In this document: in pieces, positions 53,233 through 61,467 of the stretch
How the letters are laid out: the number at the start of each line of letters is the position of its first letter
How positions within the stretch are numbered: the stretch's first letter is position 1
Assembly: GCA_024685275.1 (NCBI GenBank)
Contig: JAIKVY010000246.1
Coordinates: 10-64,009 of the forward strand
Reading direction: 5' to 3'
Length of the DNA: 64,000 bases
Source of the DNA: Clostridia bacterium
GTDB lineage: Bacteria > Bacillota > Clostridia > Christensenellales > DTU072
The notes under the pieces: generated by a model
What the model was told of the DNA's origin: nothing
The model's database searches: none
The model's input: the letters and a program-made list of their open reading frames with translations, nothing else
Position numbers and translations under genes: made by a program

Positions 53233-53336
53233 AAACAATATCCACGGAATAATAACAAGGGTTTTCTAATTGTTAGCAATAGGTAACATAAATTTTAAAT
53301 ACAATCTTAAAAATTTATTAAACAACAAGTAAATAG

Positions 53337-53364
53337 TTGCAAAATACAAAGTAAGTGATATAAT
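53337..53364 (+). promoter_or_regulatory. Sigma-70 promoter of htpG
   Basis: TTGCAA (53337-53342), a 16-nt spacer, then TATAAT (53359-53364). Confidence 0.7.
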
Positions 53365-53368
53365 ATGA

Positions 53369-53395
53369 TTAGCACTTGAGATATTCGAGTGCTAA
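53369..53395 (+). promoter_or_regulatory. CIRCE operator (HrcA binding site)
   Basis: TTAGCACTT-GAGATATTC-GAGTGCTAA compares with the consensus TTAGCACTC-N9-GAGTGCTAA. It has one mismatch and exact 9-nt spacing. It sits between the -10 and the htpG RBS (GGGAGG, 53401-53406). Confidence 0.85.
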
Positions 53396-53412
53396 TTTAT
53401 GGGAGGCACAAA

Positions 53413-55263
53413 ATGAAAAAATTCAAAACAGAATCTAAAAAAGTATTAGATTTAATGATTAATTCAATTTACACACATAAAGAAATATTTATAAGAGAAT
53501 TATTAAGTAATGCATCTGATGCTATTGATAAATTATATTTTAAAACATTGCAAGATGGTATTAGTGGTTTATCAAGAGATCAGTTCTTTATAAAGATTAC
53601 AGCAGATAAAGAAAAGAAAACATTACAAATAGAAGATAATGGTATTGGAATGACAGAAGAAGAACTCGATAACAACTTAGGAATAATTGCTAAAAGTGGT
53701 TCTGGAGAATTTAAAGCAAATATGACAGATGAAAACAAAGACCAAATTAATATAATTGGTCAATTTGGTGTTGGTTTCTATTCTTCATTCATGGTTGCAT
53801 CAAAAGTAGAAGTATTATCAAAAGCATATGGTTCTGATACTGCATATAAATGGGTAAGCAACGGAAGCGATGGATATGAAATTTCAAAAGCTGATAAAGA
53901 TTCAAACGGAACGATAATTACTCTTTTCTTAAGAGATGACACAGAAGATGAAAAGTACTCTAAATTCCTAGAAGAATACGAAATAGAAGACCTAGTTAGA
54001 AAGTATTCAGATTATATTAAATATCCAATAAAGATGGACGTAACCAAGATGGATACATCAGAAGATAATAAAGATGCTAAAGAAGAGAAAGAAGAAAAAA
54101 CTCTTAACAGCATGGTTCCACTTTGGAAGAAAAATAAAAAAGATATCACAGAAGAAGAATATAATAAATTCTACAAAGATCATTTCTATGACTATGAAGA
54201 TCCAGTCAAAGTAATACATTATCAAGTAGAAGGAAGAGTAGATTATACAGCGCTATTATATATCCCAGCTAAGCCAGCATTTGATTATTACACAAAGAAT
54301 TACGAAAAAGGACTAAAGCTCTATACCAACGGAGTTCTAATAACGGACAAGTGCAAAGACTTATTACCAGACTTTTTAAACTTTGTAAGAGGTGTTGTTG
54401 ATAGTGATTTAACATTAAATGTTTCACGTGAAACCATACAAGAATCTGCTCAATTAAAGTTCATAGCTTCTAACATTGAAAAGAAAGTATTAAATGAATT
54501 AACATCTATGATAGAAACCGATAGAGAGAAATACGAAACCTTCTTTAAAGCATTCTCCCGTCAAATTAAATATGGTATTTATGATGGTTGGGGTATGAAT
54601 AAAGATAAGCTCAAAGACCTTTTAATGTTCCATTCATTAAAAGAAGATAAATTGATTACATTAAAAGAATATGTAACAAAAATGGGTGAAAGCCAAAAAG
54701 AAATATTCTACGCATCAGGTTCTTCAATAGAATCAATAAAAGGAATGCCATTAACAGAGAAAATATTAGATGATGGTAATGATATATTATGTTTAGTAGA
54801 AGATATTGATGAATTTGCAATTAAAGTATTAAATGATTATCAAGAAAAGCCATTTAAATCAATTTCTGCATATGATGAAAAGAATTCTGAAGAAATAGAT
54901 GTTAAAAATGAAGATTTAACAAAAGCAATGAAAGAATTCTTAGGCGATAAAGTATCAGATGTAAAGATAACCAACAGATTAAAATCTCATGCTGTATGTT
55001 TATCAACAATTGGTGAAATATCTAACGAAATGGAAAAGGTATTAAGCCAAGACCCATCATCAAATGGCTCAATAAAGTCGCAAAAAGTGCTTGAAATCAA
55101 CGCAAATCACGCAATATATCAAAAATTAGAAGATATGCTTGCAAATGACAAAGAAAAATTAGAAAAAGTAACAAAAATACTCTACAATCAAGCATTATTA
55201 ATTGATGGTTTAAAGATTGAAAACCCAACCAATCTCTTAGATATGATCTGCGATATTATTTAA
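53413..55263 (+). CDS. htpG: Molecular chaperone HtpG (Hsp90)
   Basis: Motifs present: IFIRELLSNASDAIDKLYF, GQFGVGFYSSFMVA and LNVSRETIQ. The start is taken at the ATG at 53413 after GGGAGG; the track start at 53389 falls inside the CIRCE element. Confidence 0.95.
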   Translation: MKKFKTESKKVLDLMINSIYTHKEIFIRELLSNASDAIDKLYFKTLQDGISGLSRDQFFIKITADKEKKTLQIEDNGIGMTEEELDNNLGIIAKSGSGEFKANMTDENKDQINIIGQFGVGFYSSFMVASKVEVLSKAYGSDTAYKWVSNGSDGYEISKADKDSNGTIITLFLRDDTEDEKYSKFLEEYEIEDLVRKYSDYIKYPIKMDVTKMDTSEDNKDAKEEKEEKTLNSMVPLWKKNKKDITEEEYNKFYKDHFYDYEDPVKVIHYQVEGRVDYTALLYIPAKPAFDYYTKNYEKGLKLYTNGVLITDKCKDLLPDFLNFVRGVVDSDLTLNVSRETIQESAQLKFIASNIEKKVLNELTSMIETDREKYETFFKAFSRQIKYGIYDGWGMNKDKLKDLLMFHSLKEDKLITLKEYVTKMGESQKEIFYASGSSIESIKGMPLTEKILDDGNDILCLVEDIDEFAIKVLNDYQEKPFKSISAYDEKNSEEIDVKNEDLTKAMKEFLGDKVSDVKITNRLKSHAVCLSTIGEISNEMEKVLSQDPSSNGSIKSQKVLEINANHAIYQKLEDMLANDKEKLEKVTKILYNQALLIDGLKIENPTNLLDMICDII

Positions 55264-55293
55264 TATCACAATTATAATCAATCAATTTCAACA

Positions 55294-55326
55294 ATATGGC
55301 TAGCTAATAACTAGCCATATTTTATT
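55294..55326 (+). terminator. Rho-independent terminator after htpG
   Basis: ATATGGCTAG-ctaataa-CTAGCCATAT forms a perfect 10-bp stem, followed by TTTATT. Confidence 0.8.
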
Positions 55327-55376
55327 AACAATCTATAAATTTGTATTATTTAACCTAAATGAAGTATAATTATCAT

Positions 55377-55898
55377 ATGAAATACATGATAGCTTCCGAT
55401 TTTCATAGTCACTACGATGCGTTTGAGAAATTCTTTAAGAGGGTAGAAGAAGAAAAGCCTAACGAAATAATCTTTCTTGGGGACCTTGTTAAAGAATATG
55501 ATTATATGTGGTTTAATAATATGATTTCAAACATCTATATCCCAATAATAACGGTGTTAGGTAATTGCGATAGAGAATATTCAATAGATTTATTAAATAT
55601 AGGCAATCAAGGCTATTTATATTCGGAATCCGCAAATAATAGAACAACATATTTTACTCATGGACACATATATAATCCTGGTTCGCTTCCTTCTCAAATA
55701 ATAAAAGGGGACATTTTATTCTATGGCCATCGCCATATTCCATTAATACAATCAATAAATGGTATGATATTTGTTTGTGTTGGAAGTGTAGCAGAACCAA
55801 GGCAATCTTCAAATCCAACATATTGCATATATGATTTAGAAAAAATCCAACTTAAAGATATTAATACAAAAGAGGTGATAAAAGAATTGATTCTTTGA
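55377..55898 (+). CDS. YfcE/MJ0936-type metallophosphoesterase
   Basis: Motifs present: MIASDFHSHYD, FLGDLV, LGNCD, THGH and YGHRH, in canonical order. The start is uncertain (ATGs at 55359, 55377 and 55386, with no clear RBS). The stop is TGA at 55896-55898. Confidence 0.75.
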   Translation: MKYMIASDFHSHYDAFEKFFKRVEEEKPNEIIFLGDLVKEYDYMWFNNMISNIYIPIITVLGNCDREYSIDLLNIGNQGYLYSESANNRTTYFTHGHIYNPGSLPSQIIKGDILFYGHRHIPLIQSINGMIFVCVGSVAEPRQSSNPTYCIYDLEKIQLKDINTKEVIKELIL

Positions 55899-56101
55899 TG
55901 AATAACAATCTATTTGTATTCTTATGTTTCACGTGAAACTATATTCTATAAATATACATTTTTAAAAATAAACACTCCCCTTCCCTACTCTACCCTATTT
56001 CTTTTTATAATACCAATTTATATATAATCTACTCTCTTGTTTTGTATTTTTGATAAATATGATTATAATTATAAAAAGAAATATTAATTATGGTGGTAAT
56101 T

Positions 56102-56554
56102 ATGAAATGCGAATATTGTGGAAGCGAAATTGATGTTCATGATTTATATTGTTCCTCTTGTGGCTCAAAAAACCCTAACTACTCCCCTGCTTATGAAAAA
56201 ATAAGTAGAGACCTAGATGATCCAGAAGATATTGATAAAACGTTTAACTTTACAAAAGATACTACACCTCATCCACAACCTCTTGTTAATAATCCTAACA
56301 ACAGAACTCAAAAAGATTTGAAATATGATAAGGATGCAAAAACCCTAAGTATATTAGGTATTGTATTTGCTTGTCTAGGATTTAACATAGTTTCAGTTAT
56401 ATTATCTGTAGTCGCTCTTTCAAATGCTTCTAAGTCATCTACTAAAAAATATAAGACCTTAGCAATAATAGCTTTAATAGTAAGTGTTGCTCTTACAGTC
56501 CTCTACTCTATTCTTAGTGCAACAACTAATATATTTAAGATGTTTAAAAGCTAA
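56102..56554 (+). CDS. Zinc-ribbon protein with a C-terminal two-helix membrane anchor (function unknown)
   Basis: It has CEYCGSEIDVHDLYCSSCGS (CxxC...CxxC), a Pro/Asn-rich linker, and two hydrophobic helices (LSILGIVFACLGFNIVSVILSVVAL and LAIIALIVSVALTVLYSIL). The start is taken after GGTGG; an alternative ATG lies at 56090. Confidence 0.65.
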   Translation: MKCEYCGSEIDVHDLYCSSCGSKNPNYSPAYEKISRDLDDPEDIDKTFNFTKDTTPHPQPLVNNPNNRTQKDLKYDKDAKTLSILGIVFACLGFNIVSVILSVVALSNASKSSTKKYKTLAIIALIVSVALTVLYSILSATTNIFKMFKS

Positions 56555-56592
56555 TGCTATCGTTTCATTAGTACTAATTTATATTCAGAATG

Positions 56593-56619
56593 TCCTTGGA
56601 GAAATCCAAGGATTTTTTA
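56593..56619 (+). terminator. Rho-independent terminator
   Basis: TCCTTGGA-gaaa-TCCAAGGA forms a perfect 8-bp stem with a GAAA loop, followed by TTTTTT. Confidence 0.8.
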
Positions 56620-56648
56620 TTGACACAATAAAAAAGATTTGATACAAT
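56620..56648 (+). promoter_or_regulatory. Extended -10 sigma-70 promoter of the gpx-trx-ohrR-copAZ unit
   Basis: TTGACA (56620-56625), a 17-nt spacer, then TGaTACAAT (56640-56648). An AGGAGG RBS lies at 56681-56686. Confidence 0.75.
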
Positions 56649-56691
56649 TAAATCAAATAAAACTAAATTATAATAAATTAAGGAGGCGATT

Positions 56692-57216
56692 ATGAGTAGT
56701 TTTTATGATTTTAGCGTGTTAAATGCCAAAAATGAACAGGTTTCGTTGGATATGTTTAAAGGTAAAGTAGTTATGGTTGTTAATACTGCTACTGGCTGTG
56801 GCTTTACTCCACAATACGAACCTATTGAAAAGATGTATGAAGATTTTAAAGATAAAGGATTTGATGTTTTAGATATTCCTTGTAATCAATTTGCAAATCA
56901 AGCGCCAGGAACAGATGAAGAAATTCACCAATTTTGTACTCTCAAATATAAAACACAATTTCCTCAAATGAAAAAAGCTTTCGTAAATGGTGAAGAAGAA
57001 TTACCTTTATATACCTTTTTAAAGAAAGAACAACCATTTAAAGGCAAAGGCACAATGAAAATGCTTGGTTTATTATCAAAAGCTAAAGGAAATGATATCA
57101 GATGGAATTTTACCAAGTTTATTATTGATAAAGAAGGAAATGTTGTTGCAAGATTTGAACCAACTGTTAAAATGGAAGAAGTAAGAAAATTTGTAGAAGA
57201 ATTACTTAATAAATAA
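56692..57216 (+). CDS. gpx: Glutathione peroxidase-family thiol peroxidase (Cys type)
   Basis: Motifs present: VVNTATGCGFTPQY (active-site Cys), PCNQFANQAPG and IRWNFTKFIIDKEG. Confidence 0.9.
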   Translation: MSSFYDFSVLNAKNEQVSLDMFKGKVVMVVNTATGCGFTPQYEPIEKMYEDFKDKGFDVLDIPCNQFANQAPGTDEEIHQFCTLKYKTQFPQMKKAFVNGEEELPLYTFLKKEQPFKGKGTMKMLGLLSKAKGNDIRWNFTKFIIDKEGNVVARFEPTVKMEEVRKFVEELLNK

Positions 57217-57230
57217 TAGGAGCCTACATA

Positions 57231-58088
57231 ATGAGATATGATATAGCTATAATAGGAACTGGACCAGGGGGCGTTTCAGCAGCAATTACATCCAAAATAA
57301 GGAATAAAAATATTCTTTTAATTGGATCTAATGAGTTATCAAAAAAACTTAATAGCGCTGAAGAAATTAATAATTATCCTGGATTTCCTAAAGTTAAAGG
57401 TTCTATATTAAAAGATGCTTTAAAAACACATTTAGATAGTTTAGGCATTGAGATTACAGAGGATAGAATAAATGCTGTATATGCTATGGGCGATTATTTC
57501 ATGCTTCAAGGTAAAAACAGTTATGAATCTACAAGTGTTATTTTAGCGTGTGGAATGGAAAACGTAAAATCAATAGATGGTGAAGAAGATTTAGTAGGTA
57601 ATGGTGTTAGTTACTGTGCCACATGTGATGGAGCATTATACAAGAATAAAGAAGTAATGGTAGTTGGGTATAATGATGAATCAATAGAAGAAACAGAATT
57701 TTTGGCTGAATTATGCTCTAAGGTAACTTTTATTCCTATGGGAAAAGTAAAGCCAAGTTTTGAAAAATCAAATATTGAAATAAAGAATCAAAAACCAATT
57801 AAAATTAAAGCTCAAATGCGTAAAAGAATAGTTGAGTTTGAGGATAATAGTGAAATGATTGTTGACTGTGTATTTATACTTAGAGACGCAATTAAGCCAG
57901 GTACACTTGTGCCAGGATTAGAAACAGAAAATAGCAATGTTGTTTGTGGTAAAGATATGTCAACAAATATACCAGGATGCTTTGTTTGTGGAGATATAGC
58001 AGGTGCGCCATATCAATACATAAAAGCTGCTGGAGAAGGGAACATAGCTGCTTTATCAGCAGTTAAATATATAACAAATAAGAAATAG
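57231..58088 (+). CDS. Thioredoxin-reductase-like flavoprotein lacking the NADPH-binding motifs (candidate pyridine-nucleotide-independent TrxR)
   Basis: It has the FAD motif IIGTGPGGVSAA, the redox CATC (GVSYCATCDG) and the C-terminal CGDIAGAPYQYIKAAGEG. At the position of GGGxSA(V/M)EEA it reads VVGYNDESIEET, and no HRRxxxR motif follows. Confidence 0.75.
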   Translation: MRYDIAIIGTGPGGVSAAITSKIRNKNILLIGSNELSKKLNSAEEINNYPGFPKVKGSILKDALKTHLDSLGIEITEDRINAVYAMGDYFMLQGKNSYESTSVILACGMENVKSIDGEEDLVGNGVSYCATCDGALYKNKEVMVVGYNDESIEETEFLAELCSKVTFIPMGKVKPSFEKSNIEIKNQKPIKIKAQMRKRIVEFEDNSEMIVDCVFILRDAIKPGTLVPGLETENSNVVCGKDMSTNIPGCFVCGDIAGAPYQYIKAAGEGNIAALSAVKYITNKK

Positions 58089-58103
58089 TATTTAGGAGGA
58101 TTT

Positions 58104-58415
58104 ATGGTTAAAGAAATTTATGAAAACACATTTGTAGATGCAGAAAATTCAAAGTATGCACTTGTTGATTTTTATGCTGATTGGTGTGGTCCATGTCAAC
58201 AATTAGGACCAATCGTTAGTGAATTATCAAATGTTTTTGCCGGACAAGTTGATTTTTACAAAATAAATGTTGATGAAGCTCCAGAAACATGTGACAGATT
58301 TGGAATAACAAATATTCCATGTTTAATTTTACTTAAAAATGGTGAAGAAGTAGATAGAAGTGTTGGCTTTAGACCAATGAATGGAATTGAGAACTGGATT
58401 AAATCAAAAATTTAA
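58104..58415 (+). CDS. trxA: Thioredoxin
   Basis: It has the WCGPCQ active site, is 103 aa long, and has an AGGAGG RBS. Confidence 0.95.
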   Translation: MVKEIYENTFVDAENSKYALVDFYADWCGPCQQLGPIVSELSNVFAGQVDFYKINVDEAPETCDRFGITNIPCLILLKNGEEVDRSVGFRPMNGIENWIKSKI

Positions 58416-58416
58416 T

Positions 58417-58866
58417 ATGGATACAAAAGATATATACAGTGAATGTTTAAAACTAGATAATCAACTATGCTTCCCGTTGTATGCAGCGGGGAGAGAAGTT
58501 GTATCACAATATACTCCATTTTTGAAGGAATTGAATATAACTTATACACAATACATCGTATTTATGGTGCTATGGGAAGAAAAGAGCATAACAGTTAAAG
58601 ACCTTGGCAAAAGATTATATTTAGATTCTGGAACACTAACACCTTTACTTAAAAAATTGGAAGTTGAGGGGTATATTAAGCGTAATAGAGACAAAAGCGA
58701 TGAGAGAGTGGTAATAGTATCATTAACAGATCTTGGTTGGGAATTAAGAGAAAAAGCAAAACAAATTCCATTTAAAGTTGGACAATGTCTTAAGATGGAC
58801 ATAGAAGATGCCAAAAAGTTAAAAGAGTTATTATACAAGTTTCTCAATTCACTGGAGATTGACTAA
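58417..58866 (+). CDS. ohrR: MarR-family organic-hydroperoxide-sensing repressor (OhrR type, probably 2-Cys)
   Basis: LDNQLCFPLYAAGREVVSQYTPFLKELNITYTQYIVFMVLWE matches the OhrR sensing-Cys region (Cys18). A second Cys lies at position 124 (VGQCLKM). The start is taken at the ATG at 58417, 1 nt after the trxA stop. Confidence 0.8.
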   Translation: MDTKDIYSECLKLDNQLCFPLYAAGREVVSQYTPFLKELNITYTQYIVFMVLWEEKSITVKDLGKRLYLDSGTLTPLLKKLEVEGYIKRNRDKSDERVVIVSLTDLGWELREKAKQIPFKVGQCLKMDIEDAKKLKELLYKFLNSLEID

Positions 58867-58868
58867 GG

Positions 58869-61190
58869 ATGATAAGAAAATATAACGTTGAAGGAATGCA
58901 CTGTGCTGCATGTTCTTCTTCAGTAGAAACTGTAACGAAAAGAGTAAAAGGAGTAAAAAAAGCAAGCGTTAGTTTGCTTCAAAAGCTTTTGCTTGTTGAA
59001 TGCAGTGAAAAAACAAACGATGAAGATATATTTAACGCAATAAAAAAAGCAGGATTTTCTGCAACTAGAATAGATAGCGACAAAGAAATAAAAAATCAAA
59101 ACCAACCCAAAGAAATAGATGGCAAAAAGAGAGAAAAAATACTCATAATAAAAATGATAGCAACACTAGTTATTACGCTTGTTATCATGTATTTTAGTAT
59201 GGGGCATATGATTAAATTACCACAACCACACGTATTCATGTATATGGTTGATGGAAAGATGCAGGCAACATCTATTTTAATGCTATTTTTATTTATTCTA
59301 ACAATTATCGGAATATATCTTAATAAACAATTCTATATAAATGGCTATAGAGCTCTATTTTTAGGCCATCCTAATATGGATACGCTAGTTGCTCTAGGTT
59401 CATCAGCTTCTTTAATATACGGAACGTTTTCTCTATTTATGCTTCTAGCAGGAATAGAACATAATAATCAAGAATTGATAAATACGTATTCACAAAATCT
59501 ATATTTTGATTCAGCCGTAATGATTTTACTATTTGTTTCTTTTGGAAAGTTTTTGGAAGAAAAGTCTAAAAATAGGACAACAGAAGCTATTGAAAGCTTG
59601 AAAAAGCTTGCTCCACAAAAAGCAAATAGATTGGTTGATGGAAAAATTGAAGAAGTGGATATTGATCAATTAAGAATTGGAGATATAGTTGTAGTTAAAA
59701 CTGGGGAAAGTGTTCCTATCGATGGAGAAGTAATAGAAGGTTTTTGTAGTATAGATGAATCAATGCTTACAGGAGAAAGTTATCCAAAAGATAAAGAAAT
59801 ACATGATAAATGTATGCAAGCAACGATTTGCTTAGATGGAACAGCAAAAATAAAGGTGGAAAAAATTGGAAAAGAAACAATATTTTCACAAATAATAGAT
59901 ACATTAACAACAACGGGAGCAACAAAAGCCCCAATAGCTAGAATAGCTGACACTATTGCAAAATATTTTGTTCCAATTGTATGTGGAATATCTTTAGTAA
60001 CTTTGATTATTTGGTTATCACTAGGAAAAACATTTGATTTTGCCTTATCTAATGCCATAGCGGTTTTAGTTATTTCTTGCCCCTGTGCTTTAGGTTTAGC
60101 AACTCCGGTAGCCATTACCGTATCAACAGGAGTATTAGCAAAGAAAGGCGTTTTAATAAAGGATGCAAAAGACTTAGAATACTTTAAAGATATAAATACG
60201 TTTGTATTTGATAAAACAGGAACGTTAACAAATGGCAATTTAGAAGTAACAGAAGAAAAAGCAGATCAGCTAGAAGAATTCAAAACCCTTATTTATAACT
60301 TAGAATTAGGCAATAATCATCCACTAGCAAAGGCAATTGTTAATAAACATAAAGACGAAAATATAAAACTAGTAAATTTTGCAGAATATACAATAATCAA
60401 AGGTAGAGGAGTTGTTGCTAAATTAAATGAAGATACATTGATTTTAGGCAACGAAAAACTTATAGAAGAAAATGGTCTTGATATAAGTAAAAATAAAGAT
60501 GAAATAAAAAGATATCAAGAAGAAGGTAAGACAATTGTTTACCTTGCTAAAAACAATCAATATTTAGGTTTTTGTGCATTGGCTGATACCATTAATGAGT
60601 CAGCAAAGCAATGTATTGAAGAATTACAAAAACAAGGGAAGAGAATAGTAATGATTTCTGGAGATAACGAAATTGTCGCTAAAAAGATAGGAAAAGACCT
60701 AAATATAAATTCAAACGATATATATGCTAATGTTTTACCAGTAGAAAAAGCAACTATAATAGAAAAATTACAAAAGGAAGGAAAAGTTGCATTTGTTGGT
60801 GATGGAATAAATGATAGTGTTGCTTTAAAACAAGCAGATATTGGTATTTCAGTAAGTGGTGGAAGTAGTATTGCTCAGGACAGCTCAGATATAGTTTTAA
60901 TGAATCCATCACTTAAATCAATATTAGATACATTAATGGTTTCAAAAAAGACAGTGTTGAACATAAAAGAAAACTTATTCTGGGCACTAATATACAATAC
61001 GCTTTGTATCCCAATAGCAGCTGGAGTGCTTTATCCAATAAACTTTTTATTCAATCCAATGATTGGTGCAGCATGTATGAGCGTTTCAAGTATATTTGTA
61101 GTATTAAATGCGTTAAGATTAAATTTATTAAATAAAAAGGAGAAAACTCAAAATGGAAAAAATTGTAGTTACAGACATGATGTGCAATAA
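58869..61190 (+). CDS. copA: Copper-translocating P1B-type ATPase
   Basis: It has an N-terminal HMA domain (GMHCAACSSSVE) and the motifs TGES, CPC (SCPCALGLATP), DKTGTLT and GDGINDS. Confidence 0.95.
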   Translation: MIRKYNVEGMHCAACSSSVETVTKRVKGVKKASVSLLQKLLLVECSEKTNDEDIFNAIKKAGFSATRIDSDKEIKNQNQPKEIDGKKREKILIIKMIATLVITLVIMYFSMGHMIKLPQPHVFMYMVDGKMQATSILMLFLFILTIIGIYLNKQFYINGYRALFLGHPNMDTLVALGSSASLIYGTFSLFMLLAGIEHNNQELINTYSQNLYFDSAVMILLFVSFGKFLEEKSKNRTTEAIESLKKLAPQKANRLVDGKIEEVDIDQLRIGDIVVVKTGESVPIDGEVIEGFCSIDESMLTGESYPKDKEIHDKCMQATICLDGTAKIKVEKIGKETIFSQIIDTLTTTGATKAPIARIADTIAKYFVPIVCGISLVTLIIWLSLGKTFDFALSNAIAVLVISCPCALGLATPVAITVSTGVLAKKGVLIKDAKDLEYFKDINTFVFDKTGTLTNGNLEVTEEKADQLEEFKTLIYNLELGNNHPLAKAIVNKHKDENIKLVNFAEYTIIKGRGVVAKLNEDTLILGNEKLIEENGLDISKNKDEIKRYQEEGKTIVYLAKNNQYLGFCALADTINESAKQCIEELQKQGKRIVMISGDNEIVAKKIGKDLNINSNDIYANVLPVEKATIIEKLQKEGKVAFVGDGINDSVALKQADIGISVSGGSSIAQDSSDIVLMNPSLKSILDTLMVSKKTVLNIKENLFWALIYNTLCIPIAAGVLYPINFLFNPMIGAACMSVSSIFVVLNALRLNLLNKKEKTQNGKNCSYRHDVQ

Positions 61191-61338
61191 TTGCGTAAGA
61201 AGAGTTAAGGCAGCATTAGAAGAAGCTGGTGCAACTAATATTGAAATTAGTTTAGAAGAAAAGAAAGCAACCTTTGATGGTATTAGTAAAAAAGAAGGAA
61301 TCAAGGCTGTAAAAGAAATAGGATTTAAAGCAAAATAA
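61153..61338 (+). CDS. copZ: Copper chaperone CopZ (HMA domain)
   Basis: It has the MMCNNCVRRV metal-binding motif, is 61 aa long, and has an AAGGAG RBS. It overlaps the copA 3' end by 38 nt. Confidence 0.85.
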   Translation: MEKIVVTDMMCNNCVRRVKAALEEAGATNIEISLEEKKATFDGISKKEGIKAVKEIGFKAK

Positions 61339-61467
61339 TAAAGCTAAACATTTTTATTAATTTGCTTAAATAAATTGTAAAAAAGTGATAAAAATGTTAA
61401 AATTAATGTAGAAACATTTGTAGCTTATATATGGCTAAATATATAAATGTAGATAAAAGGAAACGAT

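Noticed and set aside
15781-53232. The giant ORF as an assembly artefact of collapsed or expanded tandem repeats, or as a fusion of several genes.
   Set aside because: I could see no long near-identical DNA repeats; the module copies are diverged almost beyond recognition. There are no internal RBS+signal-peptide restarts, and the frame is continuous. It still needs read-level confirmation.
52900-53232. A sortase LPXTG motif, SLH/choline-binding tail or C-terminal TM anchor at the ends of the giant proteins (also 7200-7302).
   Set aside because: None is present. The C-termini are ...SFEVMVRIKKEI* and ...NIPVKISAD*.
56643-56672. An imperfect inverted repeat, TACAATT-N16-AATTATA, overlapping the -10 as an OhrR operator.
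   Set aside because: A 7-mer with one mismatch in AT-rich DNA is not significant, and the spacing differs from characterised OhrR operators. It is kept only as something to test by comparative genomics.
61153-61190. The 38-nt copA/copZ overlap as a sign of a frameshifted fusion or pseudogene.
   Set aside because: copA has all P1B-ATPase motifs and a normal post-TM tail. copZ has its own AAGGAG RBS and an intact MxCxxC motif. Overlapping coupled genes are common.
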